A DNA stretch of 64,000 bases from Alphaproteobacteria bacterium (GTDB lineage: Bacteria > Pseudomonadota > Alphaproteobacteria > UBA828): contig CBDCQT010000011.1 of NCBI GenBank assembly GCA_965220745.1, positions 96,001 through 160,000 of the forward strand. The letters run 5' to 3'. Shown in pieces: positions 30,508-39,141 of the stretch. The notes beneath the pieces were generated by a model. It searched no databases, was not told the origin of the DNA, and saw nothing but the letters and a program-made list of their open reading frames with translations. The translations under genes and the position numbers were made by a program. Position 1 is the stretch's first letter; the number at the start of each line of letters is the position of its first letter.

Positions 30508-32400
30508 ATGGTTGCTCTCGATCGCGAGGCCCGCGTGCGGGAAGCGGGGGAACGCTCGCACCTGCACACCATCCGCACGCTGCTGCCCTATCTCTGGCCG
30601 CGCGGCTCGCTGGAGATGCGGGGCCGCGTGCTGCTGGCGATCCTGCTCCTCATCGGCGCCAAGGTGGCGAACGTCTATGTGCCGATCCTCTACAAGGACG
30701 CGGTCGACATCCTCTCGGGCGAAACGGCGGCGGTCATCGTCGTGCCGGTGGCGATTCTGCTGGCCTACGGCGCGCTCCGGGTGCTCACCGTCGCCTTCGG
30801 CGAGCTCAGGGATGCGGTCTTCGCCAAGGTTGGCGAGCGGGCGATCCGCACCGTGGCACTTCAGGTCTTCAACCATCTCCACGAGCTCTCGCTCCGCTTC
30901 CATATCGAGCGCCGCACCGGCGGCCTGAGCCGCGCCATCGAGCGCGGCGTCAAGGGGATCGAGTTCCTGCTCACCTTCATGCTGTTCAACATCCTGCCGA
31001 CCCTGGTGGAGGTCACCATGGTCTGCGGCATCCTCTGGGTCCTCTACGGCGTCACTTACGCTGCGATCACCTTCGTCACCATCGGTTCCTTTATCGCCTT
31101 CACCCTCACGGTCACCGAGTGGCGGCTGAAGTACCGCCGGCGCATGAACGAGAAGGACAGCGAGGCCAACACCAAGGCGATCGACAGCCTGCTCAACTAC
31201 GAGACGGTCAAGTACTTCGGCAACGAGATGCACGAGGCGCGGCGCTTCGACATCTCCCGCCGGCAATACGAACGAGCGGCGGTGCAGAGCAAGACCAGCC
31301 TCTCGCTGCTCAACATCGGCCAGGGAATTATCGTCGCGACCGGGCTCACCGGCATCACGATCATGGCCGGCTACGAGGTCGCCGCCGGCACCATGACCAT
31401 CGGCGACTTCGTGCTGGTCAACACCTACCTGCTCCAACTCTATATCCCGCTCAATTTTCTAGGCTTCGTCTATCGCGAGATCAAGCAGTCGCTCACCGAC
31501 ATGGAGGCGATGTTCAGCATCCTCTCGGTGGAGCGCGAGATCGAGGACGCGCCGGACGCGCCGCCGCTCGACGTCACCGCCGGTGCCATCGAGTTCGAGG
31601 ACGTGCGCTTCCGCTACGAGGAGCGGCGCGGCATCCTCGAGGGCATTACCTTCAAGGTGCCGCCCGGCACCACCACGGCCATCGTCGGCGCGAGCGGGGC
31701 CGGCAAGTCGACCATCTCGCGCATCCTCTTCCGCTTCTACGATATCGAGGCCGGCAGCGTCAGGATCGACGGGCAGGACGTGCGCGACGTGAGTCAGGAG
31801 AGCCTGCGCACGGCGATCGGCATCGTTCCGCAGGACACGGTGCTCTTCAACGACACGATCTACTACAACATCGCCTACGGCCGGCCCGACGCGAGCCCGG
31901 AAGAGGTGGAGGAGGCGGCGCGGCTCGCCCATATCCACGACTTCATCGCAAGCCTCCCCGACGGCTATGACAGCATGGTGGGCGAGCGCGGCCTCAAGCT
32001 CTCGGGCGGTGAGAAACAGCGGGTGGCAATCGCGCGCACGATCCTCAAGAATCCCCGTATTCTGCTGTTCGACGAGGCCACCTCGGCGCTCGATTCGCAG
32101 ACCGAGAAGGAGATTCAGGCGAGTCTGCGGGAGGTCAGCCGCGACCGCTCGACGCTCATGATCGCACACCGCCTTTCCACGGTCATCGACGCCGACCAGA
32201 TCCTGGTGCTGGACGGCGGGCGCATCGTCGAGCGCGGACGCCACGCCGAGTTGCTGGTGCGGGACGGCCACTACGCCGAGATGTGGTGGCGCCAGCAGGA
32301 GACCGCCGAGCTCAGGGAGGAGCTTGCGCAGCGGCTCGCCGACGAAGAAGGCCGCGCCGCGGAGACGACGGCCGTGCCCGACGAGGACCTGACGCCGTGA
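30508..32400 (+). CDS. ABCB exporter, Atm1/ABCB7 type
   Basis: H.LSLRFH.ERRTGGLSRAIERG, DSLLNYETVKYF, PLNFLG.VYREI, GASGAGKS, LSGGEKQR, DEATSALD. Confidence 0.92.
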   Translation: MVALDREARVREAGERSHLHTIRTLLPYLWPRGSLEMRGRVLLAILLLIGAKVANVYVPILYKDAVDILSGETAAVIVVPVAILLAYGALRVLTVAFGELRDAVFAKVGERAIRTVALQVFNHLHELSLRFHIERRTGGLSRAIERGVKGIEFLLTFMLFNILPTLVEVTMVCGILWVLYGVTYAAITFVTIGSFIAFTLTVTEWRLKYRRRMNEKDSEANTKAIDSLLNYETVKYFGNEMHEARRFDISRRQYERAAVQSKTSLSLLNIGQGIIVATGLTGITIMAGYEVAAGTMTIGDFVLVNTYLLQLYIPLNFLGFVYREIKQSLTDMEAMFSILSVEREIEDAPDAPPLDVTAGAIEFEDVRFRYEERRGILEGITFKVPPGTTTAIVGASGAGKSTISRILFRFYDIEAGSVRIDGQDVRDVSQESLRTAIGIVPQDTVLFNDTIYYNIAYGRPDASPEEVEEAARLAHIHDFIASLPDGYDSMVGERGLKLSGGEKQRVAIARTILKNPRILLFDEATSALDSQTEKEIQASLREVSRDRSTLMIAHRLSTVIDADQILVLDGGRIVERGRHAELLVRDGHYAEMWWRQQETAELREELAQRLADEEGRAAETTAVPDEDLTP

Positions 32401-33410
32401 CCGCGCGCCCGCACGGCCCCGGCCAGGCGCCGCCAGTGGCGGACATCCTCGCCGGCGACCGGCGAGCGCTGGCGACAGCGATCACGCTCATCGAATCGAC
32501 GCGGGAGGAGGATCGCGGGCCGGCCGAGGACCTGCTGCAGGTGTTGCTGCCGCACGCGGGCAAGGCCGTGCGGCTCGGCATCTCGGGCGCGCCTGGCGTC
32601 GGCAAGTCGACCTTCATCGAGGCCTTCGGCACGCGCGCCATCGCGGCCGGCCGCAGGCTCGCGGTGCTCGCGATCGACCCTTCCAGCGAGCGCTCCGGCG
32701 GCTCGATCCTGGGCGACAAGACGCGGATGCCGGAGCTCGCGCGGAGCGACCATAGCTTCATCCGTGCCTCGCCGGCGAGCGGCACCCTGGGCGGCGTCGC
32801 CCGGCGCACGCGCGATGTCATGCTGGCCTGCGAGGCGGCAGGCTTCGACCTCGTGATGGTCGAGACCGTGGGCGTCGGCCAGTCCGAGGCCGCCGTCGCC
32901 GACATGACGGACCTCACCATGCTGCTGGTGCAGCCGGGCGCCGGCGACGAGCTGCAGGGCATCAAGCGGGGCGTGATGGAGCGCGCGGATATCGTCGTCG
33001 TCACCAAGGCCGACGGTGCCCTCGAAGGGCCCGCCGCCCACGCCAAGGCGGACTTCGAGGCGGCGCTTATGCTCCACGCGGGCGGAGGGCCGTGGACGCC
33101 CCGCGTCATCGCCTGCTCGTCGGTCGAGGGTACGGGCCTCGACGAGATCGCCGACGCGGTCGAGCGGTATCGGGCAACCATGGTCGAGGACGGCGCACTG
33201 GAGGCCAAGCGGGCCGCTCAGGCCGCCGCGTGGCTCTGGCGCGAGGTCGAGGACTCCCTCGTTGCGGCGCTCCACGCCGACGAGCGGCTCGCGCCTGCGG
33301 TCGCGGTGCTGGAAGCCGAGGTGACGGCGCAGACGCTCACCCCTGGCGCCGCCGCCCGCCGCATCGTCCAGCGCCTCCTGAAGCGCGACGTGGATTCGGG
33401 CAGTCGCTAA
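32397..33410 (+). CDS. meaB: Methylmalonyl-CoA mutase-associated GTPase MeaB
   Basis: GISGAPGVGKST, DPSS..SGGSILGDKTRM, ETVGVGQSE, GDELQGIKRG, TKAD; GTGA overlap with the upstream gene. Confidence 0.94.
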   Translation: MTARPHGPGQAPPVADILAGDRRALATAITLIESTREEDRGPAEDLLQVLLPHAGKAVRLGISGAPGVGKSTFIEAFGTRAIAAGRRLAVLAIDPSSERSGGSILGDKTRMPELARSDHSFIRASPASGTLGGVARRTRDVMLACEAAGFDLVMVETVGVGQSEAAVADMTDLTMLLVQPGAGDELQGIKRGVMERADIVVVTKADGALEGPAAHAKADFEAALMLHAGGGPWTPRVIACSSVEGTGLDEIADAVERYRATMVEDGALEAKRAAQAAAWLWREVEDSLVAALHADERLAPAVAVLEAEVTAQTLTPGAAARRIVQRLLKRDVDSGSR

Positions 33411-33830
33411 CCCGGAATTTTTACCACGGTCACAGCCTGCGCCGCCCCGCCCTCAGCACCATGGTCCGGTGCGCAGGCACGGAAGCACGGTGCAAACTGC
33501 CCGCATGCCACGCGACACGGCCAGCCGAACATCGGTCGACCGACGGTTGACCACCGAGATCCCAACCCGGCCCGCTTGCCGATGCCGCGTCCCGACAGGA
33601 ACGCGATGGTGTTCGGAAAATCCCGGCTTGTCCCGCCTCAAAATTAATGTGCGATGTCTGTCCCAGTCCGTGCGCCGCAGGCTGGAGCGCGCTGCCCGCG
33701 CGGACCGTGACTCTAGCGGAAAAAGGCGGGCGAACACCTGTTCGCCGCAGGCTGGATATTCGCCAGGGCAGGGACTATGTAGTGTGCTGCAGCGCAGCAT
33801 GCGCTTTCCGAAGCCGGGAGAACACTGAAC

Positions 33831-35018
33831 ATGATGGATGATCCGATCGTCATCGTCGGCATGGCGCGCACGCCCATGGGCGGGTTTCAGGGTGCATTGA
33901 AGGACGCGCGGGCGCCCGAATTGGGCTCTGCTGCGATCGAGGCCGCGCTGACACGCGCCGGCGTCGGCGCCGACGAGGTCGACGAAGTGATCATGGGAAA
34001 CATCCTCTCGGCCGGTCAGGGGCAGGCGCCGGCGCGCCAGGCCTCCATCGGTGCCGGCATCCCTGAGGCCGTCGGCTGCACCACCATCAACAAGATGTGC
34101 GGCTCCGGCATGAAGGCGACGATGTTCGCCCACGACCTGATCGCGGCGGGCTCCGGCGATATCGTCGTCGCCGGCGGCATGGAAAGCATGACCAACGCGC
34201 CCTACCTGCTGGACCGTGCGCGCGGCGGCTACCGCATGGGCCACGGCAAGGTGCAGGACCACATGTTCCTCGACGGGCTGGAGGATGCTTACGACAAGGG
34301 CAAGCTGATGGGCCATTTCGCCGAGGAGACGGCGCGCACCTATCAGTTCACCCGCGAGCAGCAGGACGAGTTCGCCATCACCTCGCTCACCCGCGCGAAG
34401 ACGGCGATCGAGGACGGCTCCTTCGACGGCGAGGTCACGCCGGTCACGGTCAAGCACCGCAAGGGCGAGACGGTGGTCGACCGGGACGAGCAGCCGCTCA
34501 CCGCCGACCTCGACAAGATCCCGACGCTGCGCCCCGCCTTCGCCAAGGACGGCTCGGTGACCGCGGCGAATTCCAGCTCGATCTCGGACGGCGGCGCGGC
34601 GCTGGTGCTCATGCGCCGCTCCGAGGCCGAGCGGCGCGGGCTCACGCCGGTCGCGGTCATCCACGGCCACGCGACGCACGCGCAGGCGCCCGCCTGGTTC
34701 ACCACCGCGCCGGGGCCGGCACTGCGCAAGCTGTTCGAGAAGGTGGGCTGGGACGCGGACGACGTGGACCTCTACGAGATCAACGAGGCCTTTGCGGTCG
34801 TCACCATGGCGGCGATGCGCGACCTCGACCTCGACCACGACAAGGTGAACGTGCACGGCGGGGCCTGCGCGCTCGGCCATCCGGTCGGCGCCTCCGGCGC
34901 GCGCATTGTCATCACCCTGCTGGCGGCGCTGGAGAAATACGGCCTCGACAAGGGGGCGGCGGCGCTCTGCATCGGCGGCGGGGAGGCCACGGCGCTGGCC
35001 GTCGAGCGGCTGCACTAG
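33831..35018 (+). CDS. Acetyl-CoA C-acyltransferase (thiolase)
   Basis: [35 protein letters not shown]. Confidence 0.95.
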   Translation: MMDDPIVIVGMARTPMGGFQGALKDARAPELGSAAIEAALTRAGVGADEVDEVIMGNILSAGQGQAPARQASIGAGIPEAVGCTTINKMCGSGMKATMFAHDLIAAGSGDIVVAGGMESMTNAPYLLDRARGGYRMGHGKVQDHMFLDGLEDAYDKGKLMGHFAEETARTYQFTREQQDEFAITSLTRAKTAIEDGSFDGEVTPVTVKHRKGETVVDRDEQPLTADLDKIPTLRPAFAKDGSVTAANSSSISDGGAALVLMRRSEAERRGLTPVAVIHGHATHAQAPAWFTTAPGPALRKLFEKVGWDADDVDLYEINEAFAVVTMAAMRDLDLDHDKVNVHGGACALGHPVGASGARIVITLLAALEKYGLDKGAAALCIGGGEATALAVERLH

Positions 35019-35028
35019 AGCGCGGACG

Positions 35029-35628
35029 ATGGCAGGCGCGCGCGAGACCATACCGGCCCGGCGCGGCCGGGCCGTCAGGCTGGGTGCCGGCGAGCAACTT
35101 CGCCTGATCAACACCCACGGCACCCAGGTGGTGGACACCTGGGCCTTCAACGCCAACGACATGGCCGAGTGCATGTCGATGGAGCACTCCCGCGTCGCCA
35201 TTGGCGGCGTCTTCCCCAAGCCCGGCGATACCATGGTCACCAACAGGCGCCGGCCCATCCTCACGCTGGTGGAGGACACCTCGCCCGGCATCCACGACAC
35301 GCTGATCGCCGCCTGCGACCGCTGGCGCTACATGCTGCTGGGTGCGGGCGACGATCACGACAACTGCGAGGACAACCTCCACGCAGCGCTCGCGGCCCTG
35401 GGCCTCAAGGCGCCGAAGACACCGTCCCCCTGGAACATGTGGATGAACATTCCGGTGGGCGAGGGCGGCTCGGTCTCCTTCGAGCCGGGTATGGCAAGCC
35501 CCGGTGACTACGTGGTGCTGCGGGCGGAGATGGACCTCGTGCTCGCCTTCTCTTGCTGCCCGCAGGACATCCTCCCGATCAACGGCGTCGCGTGTAACCC
35601 GGTGGACGCCGCCTACGAGCGGCTCTGA
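35029..35628 (+). CDS. DUF1989 / urea carboxylase-associated family protein
   Basis: G.QVVD, HDTL..AC, H.NC.DNL, P.P.N..MN.P, AEMDL...S.CPQD. Confidence 0.85.
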   Translation: MAGARETIPARRGRAVRLGAGEQLRLINTHGTQVVDTWAFNANDMAECMSMEHSRVAIGGVFPKPGDTMVTNRRRPILTLVEDTSPGIHDTLIAACDRWRYMLLGAGDDHDNCEDNLHAALAALGLKAPKTPSPWNMWMNIPVGEGGSVSFEPGMASPGDYVVLRAEMDLVLAFSCCPQDILPINGVACNPVDAAYERL

Positions 35629-35639
35629 GGGCGAAGATC

Positions 35640-36791
35640 ATGGCAGCGAACGGCATCTTCCTCACCGACGAGCAGCGGATGGTCCGCGACATGGCGCGCG
35701 ACTTCGCTGCCAACGAGCTCGCCCCTCATGCCGGCCGCTGGGACCTGAACGGCGGCTACCCTGACGACATCCTGCCCAGGATGGGCCGGCTCGGGCTCAT
35801 GGGCATGCTGGTGCCGCCGGAATGGGACGGCGCCGGCGCGGACCACGTGGCCTACGCGCTCGCCATGGAAGAGATCGCCGCCGGCGATGTCGGCACCTCC
35901 ACGGCGATGAGCGTGAACAACTCGCTGGTCTGCGCGGGCATTCTCAAGGGCGGCTCCGAAGAGCAGAAGGAGCGCTTCCTGCGCCCGCTCGCGCGCGGCG
36001 ACATGCTCGGCTGCTTCTGCCTCACCGAGCCGCAGGCGGGCTCCGACGCGTCCAACCTGCGCACCCGCGCGGTGGCGGATGGCAACGGCTACCGGCTGAG
36101 CGGCACCAAGCAGTTCGTCTCCAGCGGCTCCAGGGCGGACCTCGCGATGGTCTTCGCCGTGACCGATCCCGACGCTGGCAAGAAGGGGATCAGCTGCTTC
36201 CTGGTGCCGACCGAGTCCGAGGGCTACACGGTCGCGAGCCACGAGACCAAGATGGGCCAGCGGGCCCACGACACCTGTCAGATCGTCTTCGAGGACGTGC
36301 GACTCACGCCGGACCTCATGCTGGGCGAGCCGGGGCAGGGCTATGCCATCGCGCTCGGCAATCTCGAAGGCGGCCGCATCGGCGTCGCGGCGCAGGCGAC
36401 CGGCGCCATGCGCGCGGCCTACGAGGCTGCGCTCGACTACGCCAGGGAGCGCACGAGCTTCGGCGAGCCGCTGATCGAGCATCAGGCGGTGGGCTTCCGC
36501 CTCGCCGACATGGCGACGGAGATCGAGGCGTCGCGGCTGCTCACGCTGCAGGCCGCGCGACTGCGCGATGCCGGCGAGCCCTGCCTCAAGGAAGCCTCCA
36601 TGGCCAAGCTCTTCGCTTCGGAGACCGCCGAGCGGGTCTGCTCCAAGGCGATCCAGACGCTGGGCGGCTACGGCTACCTGAGCGACTTCCCGGTGGAGCG
36701 CATCTATCGCGACCAGCGGGTCTGCACGATCTACGAGGGCACGAGCGACGTTCAGCGGCTGGTGATCAGCCGGGCGCTCGCGCGGGAGTAA
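35640..36791 (+). CDS. Acyl-CoA dehydrogenase (short/branched chain type)
   Basis: FCLTEP.AGSD, G.KQF, KMG, LEGGRIG, ASMAKLFASE, GGYGY, IYEGT. Confidence 0.93.
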   Translation: MAANGIFLTDEQRMVRDMARDFAANELAPHAGRWDLNGGYPDDILPRMGRLGLMGMLVPPEWDGAGADHVAYALAMEEIAAGDVGTSTAMSVNNSLVCAGILKGGSEEQKERFLRPLARGDMLGCFCLTEPQAGSDASNLRTRAVADGNGYRLSGTKQFVSSGSRADLAMVFAVTDPDAGKKGISCFLVPTESEGYTVASHETKMGQRAHDTCQIVFEDVRLTPDLMLGEPGQGYAIALGNLEGGRIGVAAQATGAMRAAYEAALDYARERTSFGEPLIEHQAVGFRLADMATEIEASRLLTLQAARLRDAGEPCLKEASMAKLFASETAERVCSKAIQTLGGYGYLSDFPVERIYRDQRVCTIYEGTSDVQRLVISRALARE

Positions 36792-36795
36792 GGCG

Positions 36796-37398
36796 ATGAG
36801 CGACAGTCTCGACTTCTACTTCGATTTTTCGTCGCCTTACGGCTACCTCGCGTCCGAGCGGATCGACGGGATCGCGGCGAAGCACGGGCGCTCCGTCACC
36901 TGGCGGCCGATGCTGCTCGGTGCCGTCTTTCAGAAGATCGGCGGCAGCCCCCTGGTCAACCAGCCGATGAAGGGGCCGTACTCGCAGCACGACATGCTGC
37001 GCTCCGCACGCCTTCACGGCATTACCTTCAACGTCCCCGACAACTTCCCGGTCAACAGCATCGCGGCGTGTCGCGCCTACTACTGGCTGGCGGATGGCGA
37101 CGCCGCCGAGGCCCGCGACTTCGCCCAGGCGCTCTATCGCGGCTACTTCGTCGAGAACCGCGATCTGAGCCAACCGGAGACCGTGGTGGGGGCGGCGCAG
37201 ACGCTCGGCGTGGACGGCGATGCACTGGTCGCGGCGGTGCAGGATCAGGCGATCAAGGACCGCCTGCGCGCCGAGAACGATGCCGCGCTCGATCGCGGCG
37301 TCTTCGGCTCGCCCACCGTCTTCATCGGCGACGAGATGTTCTGGGGCCACGACCGGCTGGAGATGATCGACCGCTGGCTCGAGACCGGCGGCTGGTAG
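36796..37398 (+). CDS. 2-hydroxychromene-2-carboxylate isomerase / GST-kappa (DsbA-like)
   Basis: DFYFDFSSPYGYL, WRP.LLG, GVFGSP, FWGHDRL. Confidence 0.9.
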   Translation: MSDSLDFYFDFSSPYGYLASERIDGIAAKHGRSVTWRPMLLGAVFQKIGGSPLVNQPMKGPYSQHDMLRSARLHGITFNVPDNFPVNSIAACRAYYWLADGDAAEARDFAQALYRGYFVENRDLSQPETVVGAAQTLGVDGDALVAAVQDQAIKDRLRAENDAALDRGVFGSPTVFIGDEMFWGHDRLEMIDRWLETGGW

Positions 37399-37426
37399 CC
37401 GGCGAAGAGGAACGCCCGCGCCTGGA

Positions 37427-38209
37427 TCAGCTGCTCGCGTTAGCTCCCAGCTTCACCTCGTCGTCGTAGACCTCTTCGGGCAGCGGCAGGCCGTCGAGCT
37501 CGGTGTCGCCCAGGGGGCCGTCCGGCGCGATGCCGCGCTGCTCCAGCAAAGCCATCAATTGGCGGGCGTGCTGAGCCGCGTGCCACGCCGTCCGCTCCAG
37601 CACGCTCTCCGTTGGGTGGATGCCGTAGTAGGTGTCGAGGGTGCCGAGGCGCCCCGCGCCGGCCGTGCGCCACCAGGATGCGAGCGCGTCGCGCACGGTC
37701 TGCCCGTAAGCCGAGACCTGGGCCGCGCTCCGCATCTCGGGCCCGGGCGTGCGCTCGAAATAGTCGAACGTGAGCCGTACGCCCTGGGCCGCGTCGATGA
37801 ACGCCGCCGGGATCACGAAGATGTGGTAGCCGAGGTCGAGGATGCTGCGCTCGCGACCGGGCAGCCCTTCCTCCAGGTCGGCGGCCGGGAACTGGCCGAG
37901 ATAGCGCTGGGTCGCGGCGAGGATGAGGTCGATCCGTTGCACCAGCTCCGCCGGCGGCAGCGCGTGCTGGTCAAACTCGACGCCGATGAAGCGCGCGAGA
38001 TCGCCCAGGTCCTGAGCGAAGACGAAGCGGCTCCCCTGGACCACCACCGGCATCGACTGGGCGCCGAGGCTCGCGAGCTCCTCCATCGCCTCCGGCCTGG
38101 CGCGGACGTTGATCGATTCGTAGGGGATCCCTCGCGTCGCCAGGAATTCCTTGGCCCGGAGGCAGCTGGAGCACCCCGGCTGCCAGTACACTTTGAAGTC
38201 GTCTGCCAT
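37427..38209 (-). CDS. Glutaredoxin-domain / DinB-like fusion protein
   Basis: VYWQPGCSSC..KEFL..G...S.PV N-terminal domain; GYHIF...ERTAWHAAQHARQ C-terminal domain; GGAGAG RBS. Confidence 0.78.
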   Translation of the reverse strand: MADDFKVYWQPGCSSCLRAKEFLATRGIPYESINVRARPEAMEELASLGAQSMPVVVQGSRFVFAQDLGDLARFIGVEFDQHALPPAELVQRIDLILAATQRYLGQFPAADLEEGLPGRERSILDLGYHIFVIPAAFIDAAQGVRLTFDYFERTPGPEMRSAAQVSAYGQTVRDALASWWRTAGAGRLGTLDTYYGIHPTESVLERTAWHAAQHARQLMALLEQRGIAPDGPLGDTELDGLPLPEEVYDDEVKLGANASS

Positions 38210-38238
38210 GTCCGCTCTCCCCGGCGGGCGGCGCGCGC

Positions 38239-39012
38239 CTACTCCGCCGTGTAGCCGCCGTCGATCACCAGCTCGGTGCCGGTGACGAACTTGGATTCGT
38301 CCGAGGCCAGATAGACCACGCCGTTGGCGATGTCGTTGGGCTCGCCGACGTGGCCTATCGGGTGCAACTTGCCGAACTCCTCCGGTCCTGCCGCCGCGTC
38401 GCCGAACATGCGGGTCGCGGTCTCGTCCATCATCGGCGTGTGGATGAAGGCGGGGTGGATCGAGTTGACGCGGACGCCGCTGCCGTCGCGCGCGCATTCC
38501 AGCGCCACGCACTTGGTGAAGTAGCGCACCGCGCCCTTGGACGCGGTGTAGGCGGCGAGATTCGCCGTGCCCACAATGCCGAGCACCGACGACATGTTGA
38601 TGATGGAGCCGCCACCGGAATACCGCATCGCGGGGATCGCGCTCCGGGTGCCGAGAAAGACCCCGTCGGCGTTGACCGCCATGATTTGTCGCCAAGTCTC
38701 CAGCGAGACATCGGCGATGGGCTCGGCGCGGGTGATGCCTGCGTTGTTGAAGAGAATGTCGAGGCGGCCGTGCTCTGCCACCACGCTGTCCACGGTCGCC
38801 TGCCAGGCGGATTCGTCGGTCACGTCGAGGGGCTGAAACCGGGCCGTGCCGCCCGCTGCCGTAATGGAGGCGACCACCTCCGCGCCGCGGCCCTCGTCTC
38901 GCCCCGTCACCAGCACCGCGGCGCCTTCCTGGGCCATGCGCACGGCCGATGCGGCGCCGAGCCCGCTGGTCGCCCCGGTCACGATCGCCACCTTGCCCGC
39001 CAGTCTCGCCAT
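38239..39012 (-). CDS. Short-chain dehydrogenase/reductase
   Basis: GKVAIVTGATSGLG, NNAG, NMSS, YTASK, VNSIHP, IDGGY. Confidence 0.93.
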   Translation of the reverse strand: MARLAGKVAIVTGATSGLGAASAVRMAQEGAAVLVTGRDEGRGAEVVASITAAGGTARFQPLDVTDESAWQATVDSVVAEHGRLDILFNNAGITRAEPIADVSLETWRQIMAVNADGVFLGTRSAIPAMRYSGGGSIINMSSVLGIVGTANLAAYTASKGAVRYFTKCVALECARDGSGVRVNSIHPAFIHTPMMDETATRMFGDAAAGPEEFGKLHPIGHVGEPNDIANGVVYLASDESKFVTGTELVIDGGYTAE

Positions 39013-39141
39013 TACCCGCCTCATACCCCGCAAGGGCATTGCATATGCTGCGCCCCGCATATCGACGCATATCGAATTGAGAGTAACATTGCAGACTATA
39101 CCCGCGCAGGCGCTGCCTGCGTTCCAAAAGGTCGCGCACCC

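Noticed and set aside
33481-33510. GGAAGCACGGTGCAAACTGCCCGC resembles part of a cobalamin riboswitch, next to meaB
   Set aside because: The GGGAA..CGGTG.AA.TCCG stem cannot form, CCCCGC.ACTGT and the AG.C.G.AGACC box are absent, and it lies downstream of the B12 genes.
38160-38190. Selenocysteine in the glutaredoxin CxxC motif
   Set aside because: Both codons are TGC; there is no in-frame TGA.
37427-39139. 570-aa ORF suggesting a large glutaredoxin fusion
   Set aside because: The first 310 codons are an off-frame overlap of the SDR gene; the real start is 38209, which has an RBS.
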